DNA of 56,118 nucleotides from a virus (lineage: Duplodnaviria > Caudoviricetes), in the IMG/VR virus record IMGVR_UViG_3300031949_000046, positions 1 to 56,118 of that record. One strand, given 5' to 3'. The position numbers were made by a program, and so were the translations under genes. The notes under the pieces are model-generated. The model was not told the DNA's origin. It was given only the letters and a program-made list of their open reading frames with translations, and did not search any database. Of this stretch, positions 17,317-27,082 are shown piece after piece (the first letter of the stretch is position 1; each line of letters opens with the position of its first letter).

Positions 17317-18002
17317 GCACCGTCGCACTGAACATCATCGGTAGGTTCGGCAACGCCTGCTTCCAGTGGGCACACGCCAAAGCATTCTGTGAGCAGAACG
17401 GGCACGAGCTGCGAACAACCGAGTGGGCTGGAGAGAAAATATTCACGCTTGATGGCTATGAGCCGAGGCGACCGGACGGAACGGAGAGTGTTGTTTTGTC
17501 AGGCTATTTTCAGAACCAAGACTCCCTAATCTATTCCCGTGCGGATTGCCGGAGGTGGTTTACTTTAAAGCCGGAGGTAAAGGTTAAGCTCTCAAGCTTT
17601 AATTTGTATCATCTTCCGCATGCTCATTTCAGGCGAGGCGACTACGTTGGATCATCCTACCCGCTGATAGGCAGAAAGGCAGTGGAAGCGGCTATGATGC
17701 AGTATGGAATATATGATCCGTGTATTTCGGTGTCCGACGCCAATCCAGAGGACAATTCCGTGTTCCCGGAATTCCCATTCTTGCACGACTTCTATCATCT
17801 AATGAATGCCCCGGTGCTTTTTAGAAGTAATTCCAGCTTCAGTTTTTGGGCCGGCGTCCTGTCCCATGGCCGCGTCTTCTCCCCCGTCATTACAGGCTTG
17901 GCTGGCGGGATCGAGCATGACAATGTGCCGTTTGTGGAGGGGAATTGGGCCAAGCTCGCTGAACTACCGAATATTACAGAACTTCACCTGAGAGAACAAT
18001 GA
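17313..18002 (+). CDS. alpha-1,2-fucosyltransferase-like (GT11)
   Basis: GRFGNACFQ, GYFQ, HFRRGDY, SNSSFSFWAG. Confidence 0.88.
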   Translation: MSTVALNIIGRFGNACFQWAHAKAFCEQNGHELRTTEWAGEKIFTLDGYEPRRPDGTESVVLSGYFQNQDSLIYSRADCRRWFTLKPEVKVKLSSFNLYHLPHAHFRRGDYVGSSYPLIGRKAVEAAMMQYGIYDPCISVSDANPEDNSVFPEFPFLHDFYHLMNAPVLFRSNSSFSFWAGVLSHGRVFSPVITGLAGGIEHDNVPFVEGNWAKLAELPNITELHLREQ

Positions 18003-18574
18003 AACCATTTACCGAAGAAATGCGCTACGAGTACGACCTCACGCCTGACAGCGTGGTGCTGGACTGCGGGGGATACGAGGGCCGGTGGGCTGCTGGCATT
18101 CACGATAAATACGGCTGCCATGTTTACGTTCTCGAACCGATCACCAAATTTTTCGACAATATTGCGAAACGTTTCTCAGGTAATCCGAAAATCCATCTCT
18201 GGAATTACGGCATATCCATGGAAGGACAGCCGGAAACAATGAGTATAAAAGGCGACATGACGGGCAGGTATGCTAACAACCCGGAGTGTGTAGAGGTGAA
18301 GACGTTTTCTCCTCAGCAGATTTTTGGAATTATCAATAAAGACATCGACCTAATGAAATTGAACGTGGAAGGGGCCGAGTTTGGAGTGATTGAAATAATG
18401 ACTGTTTATTCTCCAGAACTGATTAAGTGTGTGCGTAACCTCCAAGTCCAATGGCATGATGTGGCGCCCAACGCTCAATCTCGTTACGACGTGCTGCAAA
18501 AGAAGCTGGCTGAGACTCACCATCTGACCTTTGATCACGGCTGGGTTTGGCAGAACTGGGAGATCAACCAATGA
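17999..18574 (+). CDS. FkbM-family methyltransferase
   Basis: VLDCGGYEG, LEP, IDLMKLNVEGAEF, LQVQWH. Confidence 0.88.
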   Translation: MKPFTEEMRYEYDLTPDSVVLDCGGYEGRWAAGIHDKYGCHVYVLEPITKFFDNIAKRFSGNPKIHLWNYGISMEGQPETMSIKGDMTGRYANNPECVEVKTFSPQQIFGIINKDIDLMKLNVEGAEFGVIEIMTVYSPELIKCVRNLQVQWHDVAPNAQSRYDVLQKKLAETHHLTFDHGWVWQNWEINQ

Positions 18575-19227
18575 CTCCATTCGAGCAATTCTTTGATAGT
18601 AATATCATCTACATCAACCTCGCACGTCGGGAAGATCGTCGCCGAAATTTCGAGAGCCAGATGAAGCAGATCGGCATTAAGAATTACGAGCGTTTTGATG
18701 CTATCGACGCAGGGCCGGGCGACGGTAACACAGGTTGTTGCGCATCACATCGGGCGGTGATGAAGCTGATTGTTGATCGCGGGCTACCTCGCTGTGCGGT
18801 TTTCGAGGACGACAGTGTTGTTCGTGAGCAATTCCGAGACTCGTTCCATGAGGTTGTCGCGCAGCCTTTGCGGGAATTACCACCAGACTGGGATTTGGTT
18901 TATTTCGGCGGAGGGTATGGCGATGATCCGCAGGGATGGCACTCGCGCCACCTTATCAAGATCAACGCAATGAAGACGACAAGTAGCTACGCAGTGACAG
19001 CTAAAGCCGCCAAAGAACTGTACAATTACATCCCTGAAAAATGCGGCGACGGAATCGACAACATATTCTCTGGATATGCGCCTGGGCACATGTCATTCAT
19101 TACCGAGCCGAGATTCTTTTACCAGTACGGCAACTATTCAAACCTTCAGGAGCGGGAAATGTCTAATCAGGATTCGATGGAAAATATTCATCATGTCACC
19201 CGCCTCGGCAAATACGTCCCGCGATAA
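18571..19227 (+). CDS. glycosyltransferase family 25
   Basis: IYINLARREDRR, ERFDAID, GCCASH, VFEDD, DWDLVYFG. Confidence 0.9.
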   Translation: MTPFEQFFDSNIIYINLARREDRRRNFESQMKQIGIKNYERFDAIDAGPGDGNTGCCASHRAVMKLIVDRGLPRCAVFEDDSVVREQFRDSFHEVVAQPLRELPPDWDLVYFGGGYGDDPQGWHSRHLIKINAMKTTSSYAVTAKAAKELYNYIPEKCGDGIDNIFSGYAPGHMSFITEPRFFYQYGNYSNLQEREMSNQDSMENIHHVTRLGKYVPR

Positions 19228-19234
19228 TTTATCT

Positions 19235-19612
19235 ATGAAACTAACCGATCCAAACGAATACAAGAATTACAACCCCATTGGCGACAAGGTGTTGCTGGTG
19301 ATGCCGATTATTGAGCCAACGAAGCTCGAAAACGTGGGAGGCATTCTGATCGACCATGCCGCTCATTTGAAATCCAGCCCGATGCGTGAGACCGTTGTGG
19401 TTTCTGCTGGCCCAGAGTGCAAGCAGGTCAAAGCTGGGGACGTGGTTTTGTGGAACATGGGTAACGCGAATCCATTTCCTTTCGGCGACAACAACCTGTA
19501 TTTTCTGCCTGAGCAGCATTTAGTGTGTATAACAAAGCAGGCAGAGCCCCGTTGCGTGACGGAGGCGGATATTCAGGAGGCTCTGAGACCCAAGCAGTGT
19601 GCCTGTGATTGA
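19235..19612 (+). CDS. groES: GroES/Cpn10-like co-chaperonin
   Basis: PIGDKVLL, GGILI, VVSAGPECKQVKAGDVV. Confidence 0.8.
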   Translation: MKLTDPNEYKNYNPIGDKVLLVMPIIEPTKLENVGGILIDHAAHLKSSPMRETVVVSAGPECKQVKAGDVVLWNMGNANPFPFGDNNLYFLPEQHLVCITKQAEPRCVTEADIQEALRPKQCACD

Positions 19613-19877
19613 TGAAAAAGAGCACAACGAACTACTCCTCCGCTGCAATCGTCAGGCGGAGTTGCTTCGCCATGTGCGCGACGTAATCCTGCCGTTTAAT
19701 CCAAAGCACTACTTCATCGAGCAGGAGCAATTACTGACAGACGGAATGGATTCCGAATGGTCGGAATTGATGGGGCTCAGGCGATTGAGGGATGCCCATG
19801 AAAAGACTATAGGAGAGCAGCTATCGACGATACGGAAGCTAAAGGATCAATTGAATGAACTGGCTCCGAAGGCTTAG
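19599..19877 (+). CDS. coiled-coil hypothetical protein
   Basis: 92-aa ORF. Confidence 0.6.
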   Translation: MPVIDEKEHNELLLRCNRQAELLRHVRDVILPFNPKHYFIEQEQLLTDGMDSEWSELMGLRRLRDAHEKTIGEQLSTIRKLKDQLNELAPKA

Positions 19878-20235
19878 GCAGTGGCTCTACGCCCTGAAAC
19901 TAGCCGGCGTTCGCAACGTTCCGTGGCTTGGCCTGATTAGTGCGATCCTGTCAGGCCCGGTGCCGCGTGATGTGTGGCGGCAGAGGATGCGGACGTGCAT
20001 GACGTGTCCGCTGTATTCAAAGGGCAATGGCGTGATGCTGTGCCGAAGTACCCACCCGGACATGCTGGGGCTTGGCTGCGGCTGTTTTTTGCCGTTTACC
20101 GCAATGACTGCCAAGGTCTATGAAAAAGGCTGCTTCGGGCGCGATCTTGAGGATACTCTAGGCTGGCCAAACCACGTCTGGCCAACCCGTTGGTCACGCA
20201 TCAAATCGGTGATTGATTTCGTTCTGCGGAAATAG
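19855..20235 (+). CDS. Cys-rich hypothetical protein
   Basis: RMRTCMTCP...C...GCGCFL motif. Confidence 0.7.
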   Translation: MNWLRRLRQWLYALKLAGVRNVPWLGLISAILSGPVPRDVWRQRMRTCMTCPLYSKGNGVMLCRSTHPDMLGLGCGCFLPFTAMTAKVYEKGCFGRDLEDTLGWPNHVWPTRWSRIKSVIDFVLRK

Positions 20236-20276
20236 GATAAGGAGTGACACACTAGGAACCGCCCCACGTTTCCAAA

Positions 20277-22445
20277 GTGTCCAGAACTTTTTCTATACCA
20301 GTCATCCAAGGCGGGCGATTAGTCACAACCCTATCGAAGAACACTGTGGGGCCAGCCGACTATGTGGAAAAAACAAACTGGATGAGGATCAGGGATGTTG
20401 AGGCACGAAGACACGGATGGCTGGATTTCGCGCCCCTTGCTGCAATCGCAAATCAGGGGGTTTACGACGCAGCCCTCACCTGTACTCGCATCATCGAGTT
20501 GGTCCGTCCAGATGGCACCAAGGCGCTGATCGGTTTCTCTCGTTCTGCTGTCAGGCTTTTCTCCAACACGCTCGGCACATGGTCAACCATTGGCAGCGGG
20601 TATTCAGCGAGCGGGAAACGGTGGCAGGTGAGAACAATCAACGGAATCCTGATTGCGAATAACACCATTGATCTTCCGTTTTATTATGAAGTAGGCGATG
20701 CCGCAGTAACACCAATGTACGAGTTGCGCGAAGTGGGGGTTGCGAGCGTGGGTCGGATCGAAGAAAATAATGGTTTCCTGGTGATCGCGGACATTACTGA
20801 AATCTTCGCGGAAGTGTTGCCGTTGATGATGCGCGGGTGGAGTACGTTCACTACGGATGCAACGCAGGCAAAGGCCGCTAGTTTTTCGATCAACAACACG
20901 ACAGAGAACCAAGACTTATTTAATGTCACGACTGGAGCGACTACGAGAACCGCAACGCTGCCATCCGCACCGCCAACTGATTTCTACGTCATTATCGCAA
21001 AAGTGGACGCGGGTGTTGGCACGGTTATCACGTCTCCAGTCATTGCAGTATCTCCAGTGGTTCTGACAACTAACGGGGACAAAGCACTGGTGTTTTGGGA
21101 TGCGACGTTTGAGCGTTGGACTTCGGTCACATTCCCTTTAGGGGGAGTGCCGGCCGATACCCAATACGGTATCCCGCCATCGTATATCACGCAGCGTTTG
21201 CCTTGGTCAGTTGGCAACGGCGAATTTGGCGCACCGACTCAATGGGCACCGACGTACACGGTGCTGATGGCGGCTGCATCTACGACTATCACGCTGCCGT
21301 TTGCTTCAACTGTATTTGTCGCCGGCCAAACTCGCGTGGCAGTAATCAGTGCAGGTCCGCTTGGTGGCACGCTGGGAGGACAGGAGGACAGTCCTTACGG
21401 TATTTTGATAACGGCGGTATCAGGCCGGACGCTGACGCTGGAGACCACAACCGACGTGACGCTAACCTATCCGAGAGTCGTGCAGATCCTGCGCTGGACG
21501 GATGTGAGTTCGTTGGTTGGGCGGTATTTCTTACAGGGCGATAATTCCGAAATCACTTCGCTCGTCAGTCTGCGCAACTGGCTCGTGGTTTGCCGCACGA
21601 CTGGATTTTATCTGGGCCGGTACACAGGTGACCCAGGCGCGCCATTCGTGTTTACGCCCGCGTACTCAGGGCCGGATGTGCCGCTGTGGCCTGATGCGAT
21701 TGCAAACGTCAAAAGCGACTATCTTTTGTACCCAGCGAGAGGCAATCGAATGTACGCCTACGATGGTGTTACGTTGCCTAAGCTACACGAGGTAACAGAC
21801 GACGCCGGCTCGCTTTTCTTCGGAACGGATTCGCAGTCGGCTGAGATTTACGTTGTCGATAATACGATCACAAGAGAGTGGTGGTTTTGTTATCCTGACC
21901 GCACGATTGCGTTTGATTACGACACGGCGGGCGGGACGGTATCTAAGATCGACCAGTTGTTCGATGCGGCTGCGATCATTCATAAGCCGGGTACGACTGA
22001 CGTTTGGTTCGTGATGGCGATTGGGCGGTTTATTTATACTTACGGTCTCGTTTATGGGATCACCCCGATTCAAACTTGGTTGCGCGATGGCGTGGCAGTG
22101 GAGAGCGTAATGAAGTTTGGGTTGATTAGTTTCGGAGATCAAGCGAATGAAAAACTTTTGCTCAATTTTTGTCCGATCATTGCCAGTTCGTCTCCAGATG
22201 TTGATTTGGAGGTTCAGATCTATTCCGCGCATAACCCAAGCGTGACCCCAATTGCGTTGCTTTCTCCGGTCGAATCTCTGCCAACGCCGCAGGGCAACAA
22301 TTTTGTTACGCTTTGTTTCCAAACTCTCTATGCGCAGGACGAGATTACTTTGGTCGAGGCGACCGATATTGACGCCCGGTTCTCGATGCGAATCTGGGAG
22401 GTGGAATATATCGCGGGAAGGGGAGTGACGCGCTCCATAAACTAA
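20277..22445 (+). CDS. tail nozzle / head-stabilisation protein (P22 gp10 or T7 gp12-like role)
   Basis: 722 aa, beta-rich, EWWFCYP motif; precedes fibre and ejection genes. Confidence 0.6.
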   Translation: MSRTFSIPVIQGGRLVTTLSKNTVGPADYVEKTNWMRIRDVEARRHGWLDFAPLAAIANQGVYDAALTCTRIIELVRPDGTKALIGFSRSAVRLFSNTLGTWSTIGSGYSASGKRWQVRTINGILIANNTIDLPFYYEVGDAAVTPMYELREVGVASVGRIEENNGFLVIADITEIFAEVLPLMMRGWSTFTTDATQAKAASFSINNTTENQDLFNVTTGATTRTATLPSAPPTDFYVIIAKVDAGVGTVITSPVIAVSPVVLTTNGDKALVFWDATFERWTSVTFPLGGVPADTQYGIPPSYITQRLPWSVGNGEFGAPTQWAPTYTVLMAAASTTITLPFASTVFVAGQTRVAVISAGPLGGTLGGQEDSPYGILITAVSGRTLTLETTTDVTLTYPRVVQILRWTDVSSLVGRYFLQGDNSEITSLVSLRNWLVVCRTTGFYLGRYTGDPGAPFVFTPAYSGPDVPLWPDAIANVKSDYLLYPARGNRMYAYDGVTLPKLHEVTDDAGSLFFGTDSQSAEIYVVDNTITREWWFCYPDRTIAFDYDTAGGTVSKIDQLFDAAAIIHKPGTTDVWFVMAIGRFIYTYGLVYGITPIQTWLRDGVAVESVMKFGLISFGDQANEKLLLNFCPIIASSSPDVDLEVQIYSAHNPSVTPIALLSPVESLPTPQGNNFVTLCFQTLYAQDEITLVEATDIDARFSMRIWEVEYIAGRGVTRSIN

Positions 22446-22446
22446 A

Positions 22447-25400
22447 ATGCCAACCATCCCAACAAGAGTACAGCAGCCATCGCCTGTAGCCGCGCAGGTG
22501 GAGATGCCATCGGAGTTCCCGCCGATCCCGAAAGAGATTCTGAATCGGTTTCCATCAGCGAAGGACTGGAATGAGAAGCTGAAAGAATTTTGGACGCGAT
22601 CGACAGCGGCGATCCAATCAGCGCAGGAGACGGTGGCGAATTACTCGAATAGCCGTGTGGTTTATAGCGTGGACTCCTTCTTGATCTACGCCAAGAACGG
22701 CATCCCGCAGCCGATGTTCGCCCTGGACAGCACAGGCGTTAAGCTCGGAAACGTCCTTACAATTAGCACTCCCGGACGGAAGATTTTTATTGGTGAGGGG
22801 GTGTTTAATTCCGCCAACACGCCATTCTACGTTGATGCCCTTGGCAACTTTAGCCTTGGCGATTCGCTGGTTTGGGACGCGGCGACAAGTTCGCTGACGA
22901 TTGTTGGCTCAATTACGGCGACTACCGGCACAATCGGCGGTTTCGACATCGGAACCGATTACATCCGCGACACGGCGAATAGCATGGGCATGGCGAGCAC
23001 GGTTAGCGGCGGAGATGACGTTCGGTTCTGGGCTGGCGATACGTTTGCAAACAGGGCGACGGCTCCGTTCAGGGTGACGGAGAGCGGTATCCTGAACGCG
23101 ACGAACAACGCGGTTATCGTTGGTTCAGTCTCGGGCCGGCTTACAGCGACATTAGCTGCTGCGATTAATGCGGCGGGCAACCTGATAACCGATGTGGTTA
23201 ATCCACGTCTCGATTCAGGATTAAAGACAATTCTTTCTGATTTCACTTTTGGTGCCGCTGATTTTTCTGGGGCGGTAAAGTCGGGAACGATAGCATGGAA
23301 CACCGCGACTGGCGCGATTACTGGCGGCAGCGGCGTGCTGCTTTATCGCAGCGGGATTGTGGGTGCTAACGCTGGAGTAGCTACGTTTACGATAGACGCG
23401 ACTACGGGAGCAGCAACGTTTGCCGGCACGCTCAGTGCGCCTAACGGTAATATCGGTGGATGGACTATCGGAGCAACAACGCTCGTTGGTGGCAACGCGA
23501 CGCTTGATAGTACAGGCGTGTTAATCTTGGGGACGGTAAACGACGTAGTGGTGTTGTCTGCAACGGATGCGACGTATCGCCTGTGGGTGGGGAATGCCAC
23601 GGCAGGTAGCGCGGCCTTTGCGGTGACCAAGGCGGGGGCGTTGACGGCAACCGGAGCCACGATCAGTGGAAGCATATCGGCAAGTAGCGGGACGATTGGC
23701 GGATGGACTGTTGGGGCGTCAACGTTGGCTGGAGGCAATGCGACGTTAAGCAGCGCAGGCGTGTTGACGCTGGGGACTGCAAACGACGTGGTGATAATTT
23801 CTGCCGCAGACGCGACGTATCGTCTGTGGATCGGGAATGTCGCAACCGGGTCGGCTCCATTTACCGTGACTAAGGCGGGCGATTTAACAGCCAGCAGCGC
23901 AGCCATAGCTGGAACTATTTCAGGGCGCTCGACAGTGACGATAGCGGGCACGATTGATGCGTCGGGCAATGTCGTGACGGACCTGATAAACGCCCGGCTC
24001 AATACATCGGCCAAGACGATGCTGAGTGATTTTAGTTTTGGTGCGGCGGATTATTCGGGCGCGCTAAAGGCTGGGACTATCGCATGGAACACGATGACGG
24101 GCGCGATTACTGGAGGCAGCGGCGTACTTGTTTTCAGAGGCGGCATTATTGGGGCGGCTGCTGGAGTGGCTACGTTCACTTTGGATGCGGCTACGGGTGC
24201 GGCGACGTTTGCCGGCGCGTTGAGTGCGCCGACAGGCAGTATTGGTGGATGGACGATTGGCGCGAGCACACTGACAGGCGGTAATGCGGTGCTCGGCAGT
24301 TCGGGTGTGCTGACGCTCGGTACTGGCAACGATGTGGTTGTATTGTCTGCTGTTGATGCGACTTACCGGCTATGGATTGGTAACGCGACGGCTGCGAGTG
24401 CTGCATTTAGCGTCACGAAGGCGGGAGCATTGAGTGCAACGGGAGCAACGATCAGCGGCTCGATAACAAGCACCAGCGGTACGATTGGCGGGTTCACGTT
24501 GGGCGCTGATTACATCCGTGATTCTGCGAACTCATTTGGGCTGGCGTCAACTGTTACAGGCGGAGACGATGTTCGGTTCTGGGCTGGAGACACGTTTGCT
24601 AACAGGGCGACAGCTCCGTTTAGGCTGACGGAGGCTGGTGCAATATTCTCAACCAGCGGCACAATCGGCGGTTTCACTCTCTCGTCTACGGCACTTACAT
24701 CTACTTCTTTGATTATTGATACTGCCTTTGCTGGCTATGGCCGGATAACACAAATTGGAGCCACGAATACTTCCATTTTAGACGGAAGTGGTTTGGTAAT
24801 ATCCGATGGCAGTGGCATTGCGAGCAACTACGGAAAAACTTCTTTAGCGTTTTCTTATCCAGCAGCCGGATACGATTACACATTTGGCACTGGTGGCTTA
24901 GTAATGAAAGCGAGTACAGGTCTTTCCACAACCACCTTACAGACTACGGGTGCATTAGGAGGATCAGCCACAGGATTTAATGTCATCGCGTCATCAGGGA
25001 GCGCAGGAATCATATTCGGTAGCGATACTGTCGCTAACCTCTACCGCAGCGCGGCGAGCACGCTAAAAACGGATGGTGGCTTGGTCGTTACTGGCACTCT
25101 CTCATCTGGCGTCCTAAATCCGTCTTCGATTTCTATTGGTTCAGGGTCGCCACTGACCAGCATCACAAGCAGCAGCTTAACATTCTCTAGTACGGGTGGG
25201 GTGCAAGGTGTATACAGCATTAATTCTTTGGCTTTTCAGGCATATTCCGCAGCGCCAACGATTACTTTCGGGATAGGTTCTGCGACCAATATATTCAGGA
25301 TTTCAACCTCTTCAGGCGTTGAGACATTGGAGTTTGGCTCCGACACCAACCTCTACCGCAGCGCCGCGAACACGCTGAAGACGGATGATGCGTTTGTGGC

Positions 25401-25695
25401 GTCAGGTACGATTTCTGGATCAGGGGTGATAAGATCGACCGACGGAACGATTATTGTGTCCGTATTAAATGACGGAGTTGGTGCATATATCGGCACGCAG
25501 AGTAATCACGATGTTGTTTTAATAAAGAACGGGGCACAGGTAGGGGTGCTGACAGCAACCGGGCTAAATGCTGCGCCGATTGGCGCAACCACCCCCAGCA
25601 CGGGCAACTTCACAAACCTTGCCGCCACTTCTTTGGCTGGCGTCGGAACCCGCAACGTAGTGGTTGACGCAAGTGGTAATTTATCCGCACCATAA
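22447..25695 (+). CDS. tail fibre protein with internal repeats
   Basis: G/A/T/S-rich; GTIGGWTIG and NLYRSAAxTLKTD repeats. Confidence 0.8.
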   Translation: MPTIPTRVQQPSPVAAQVEMPSEFPPIPKEILNRFPSAKDWNEKLKEFWTRSTAAIQSAQETVANYSNSRVVYSVDSFLIYAKNGIPQPMFALDSTGVKLGNVLTISTPGRKIFIGEGVFNSANTPFYVDALGNFSLGDSLVWDAATSSLTIVGSITATTGTIGGFDIGTDYIRDTANSMGMASTVSGGDDVRFWAGDTFANRATAPFRVTESGILNATNNAVIVGSVSGRLTATLAAAINAAGNLITDVVNPRLDSGLKTILSDFTFGAADFSGAVKSGTIAWNTATGAITGGSGVLLYRSGIVGANAGVATFTIDATTGAATFAGTLSAPNGNIGGWTIGATTLVGGNATLDSTGVLILGTVNDVVVLSATDATYRLWVGNATAGSAAFAVTKAGALTATGATISGSISASSGTIGGWTVGASTLAGGNATLSSAGVLTLGTANDVVIISAADATYRLWIGNVATGSAPFTVTKAGDLTASSAAIAGTISGRSTVTIAGTIDASGNVVTDLINARLNTSAKTMLSDFSFGAADYSGALKAGTIAWNTMTGAITGGSGVLVFRGGIIGAAAGVATFTLDAATGAATFAGALSAPTGSIGGWTIGASTLTGGNAVLGSSGVLTLGTGNDVVVLSAVDATYRLWIGNATAASAAFSVTKAGALSATGATISGSITSTSGTIGGFTLGADYIRDSANSFGLASTVTGGDDVRFWAGDTFANRATAPFRLTEAGAIFSTSGTIGGFTLSSTALTSTSLIIDTAFAGYGRITQIGATNTSILDGSGLVISDGSGIASNYGKTSLAFSYPAAGYDYTFGTGGLVMKASTGLSTTTLQTTGALGGSATGFNVIASSGSAGIIFGSDTVANLYRSAASTLKTDGGLVVTGTLSSGVLNPSSISIGSGSPLTSITSSSLTFSSTGGVQGVYSINSLAFQAYSAAPTITFGIGSATNIFRISTSSGVETLEFGSDTNLYRSAANTLKTDDAFVASGTISGSGVIRSTDGTIIVSVLNDGVGAYIGTQSNHDVVLIKNGAQVGVLTATGLNAAPIGATTPSTGNFTNLAATSLAGVGTRNVVVDASGNLSAP

Positions 25696-25698
25696 TAT

Positions 25699-26109
25699 AT
25701 GCCCAAACCCCTCACCAATTCCCAGCTTCAAAAGCTATCAGCCGGCCTGTCATCGCTTGATGGCCTTCGCACTGCTCCCGATCAATTCGAGCCGTTTATA
25801 TTCGATGCCGATACGACATGGAATCTGGCGCTGAATCACACTATTATTGCGGGATCAATGGAGGTGTTTGATCGGGCTAAGAAAACGCTGGCGGTTCAAT
25901 ATGGAATCACTGATCGCATGACCGTAACGAAAGAAAACGCGGAGCAGGTGAATGCGTTTGTGGCTGGACTTGATGTTTTGCTGACCAAAGAAGTATCGGT
26001 TGACGGGCTGCAAAAGATCGAACGCGCCAAACTCAATATCGGATCAGGCAAAGGTCAGAATAAAATCCCTGTTTCGGTGATCGGAAACTTAATGCTGATA
26101 CTGGAATGA
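25699..26109 (+). CDS. fibre-associated hypothetical protein (possible chaperone)
   Basis: position right after the fibre gene; helical. Confidence 0.55.
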   Translation: MPKPLTNSQLQKLSAGLSSLDGLRTAPDQFEPFIFDADTTWNLALNHTIIAGSMEVFDRAKKTLAVQYGITDRMTVTKENAEQVNAFVAGLDVLLTKEVSVDGLQKIERAKLNIGSGKGQNKIPVSVIGNLMLILE

Positions 26110-26600
26110 TCGAAGTAGCCGAAGTCCCGCTTCCAGTAACCGCGCTCGTGCAGCGCATGGAGGCGCATAATATAATCCTTGATCGAGAAGGATCGGAAGA
26201 CTGGCAGAGGATTAATCTGATTGAGGATGAATTAGCCGCACTCCCTCAACAAGAGATGCCGACCGACCATGTTTTTACGCATGGGCTCTATACGCGCAGC
26301 ATCTTCATACCAGCCGGTTCGCTTCTCACATCACGAATTCATCTTTTTCAGCATCCATTTATCATTTCACTGGGCTCTGTGTCTGTCTGGATGGACAGCA
26401 AAATAGGCTGGCAATTTTTACAAGCACCCTATATCGGTGTAACTGAAGCTGGTACACGCCGAATCCTCTACGCGCATACCGACGTAATTTGGACAACTAC
26501 GCACCTAAATCCAGACAACGGAATCGACCCCGATAAACTCGTAATGCAACTCACATACACAGGCGGTAAATTCAAAGAAATAGGAGGGGCGAAAACATGA
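26106..26600 (+). CDS. cupin-fold phage protein
   Basis: HVFTHGLYTRSIFIPAG...RIH...H...GTRRILYAHTDVIWTTTH. Confidence 0.75.
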   Translation: MIEVAEVPLPVTALVQRMEAHNIILDREGSEDWQRINLIEDELAALPQQEMPTDHVFTHGLYTRSIFIPAGSLLTSRIHLFQHPFIISLGSVSVWMDSKIGWQFLQAPYIGVTEAGTRRILYAHTDVIWTTTHLNPDNGIDPDKLVMQLTYTGGKFKEIGGAKT

Positions 26601-27082
26601 GCATGTTATGGGTGGGCATAGGTACTGCTGTCGTTAGTGCTGGCACATCTTTGTACGGTGCCAATAAGCAATCGAAAGACAATAAGGCCGCTCAGGCTCA
26701 AAACGCCGCCCTCCAAGGCGAACAGAACCAATCTGCATGGGCGTCGTACCTGATGAGCCGAGGCGTGAACCCAGCCGGCGCGCAGACGGGCCAGCTGCCG
26801 ACCAATCCTCAAGCGATTAATGCTAAGTTGCCTCTCTGGGCTAGCGTCAAACGCAGCCCACAAGTGGCTCAAGGGTTTAGGCTTGGTGCGCGCAAGAACG
26901 TCGCTCCTCGCTTGTCGATGACTCCGCAGAACTTTCAGAACACGAATGCGGCAGATGCAGATGCAGCCGCTGTGACTCCTTCTAAAAAAGGAAGCAGCAA
27001 TATGAATGATATTTTAATCGGCAATCCGCTTGGTATCGGCGGCAAAGACCGATCATGGTATGATCCACTGGGGATATTCTAA
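26597..27082 (+). CDS. small internal virion/ejection protein
   Basis: hydrophobic Gly-rich N-terminus followed by a Q/A-rich helix. Confidence 0.65.
   Translation: MSMLWVGIGTAVVSAGTSLYGANKQSKDNKAAQAQNAALQGEQNQSAWASYLMSRGVNPAGAQTGQLPTNPQAINAKLPLWASVKRSPQVAQGFRLGARKNVAPRLSMTPQNFQNTNAADADAAAVTPSKKGSSNMNDILIGNPLGIGGKDRSWYDPLGIF

Noticed and set aside
22447-25695. Diversity-generating retroelement or invertible shufflon acting on the fibre
   Set aside because: No reverse transcriptase; repeats are direct and differences are not adenine-specific
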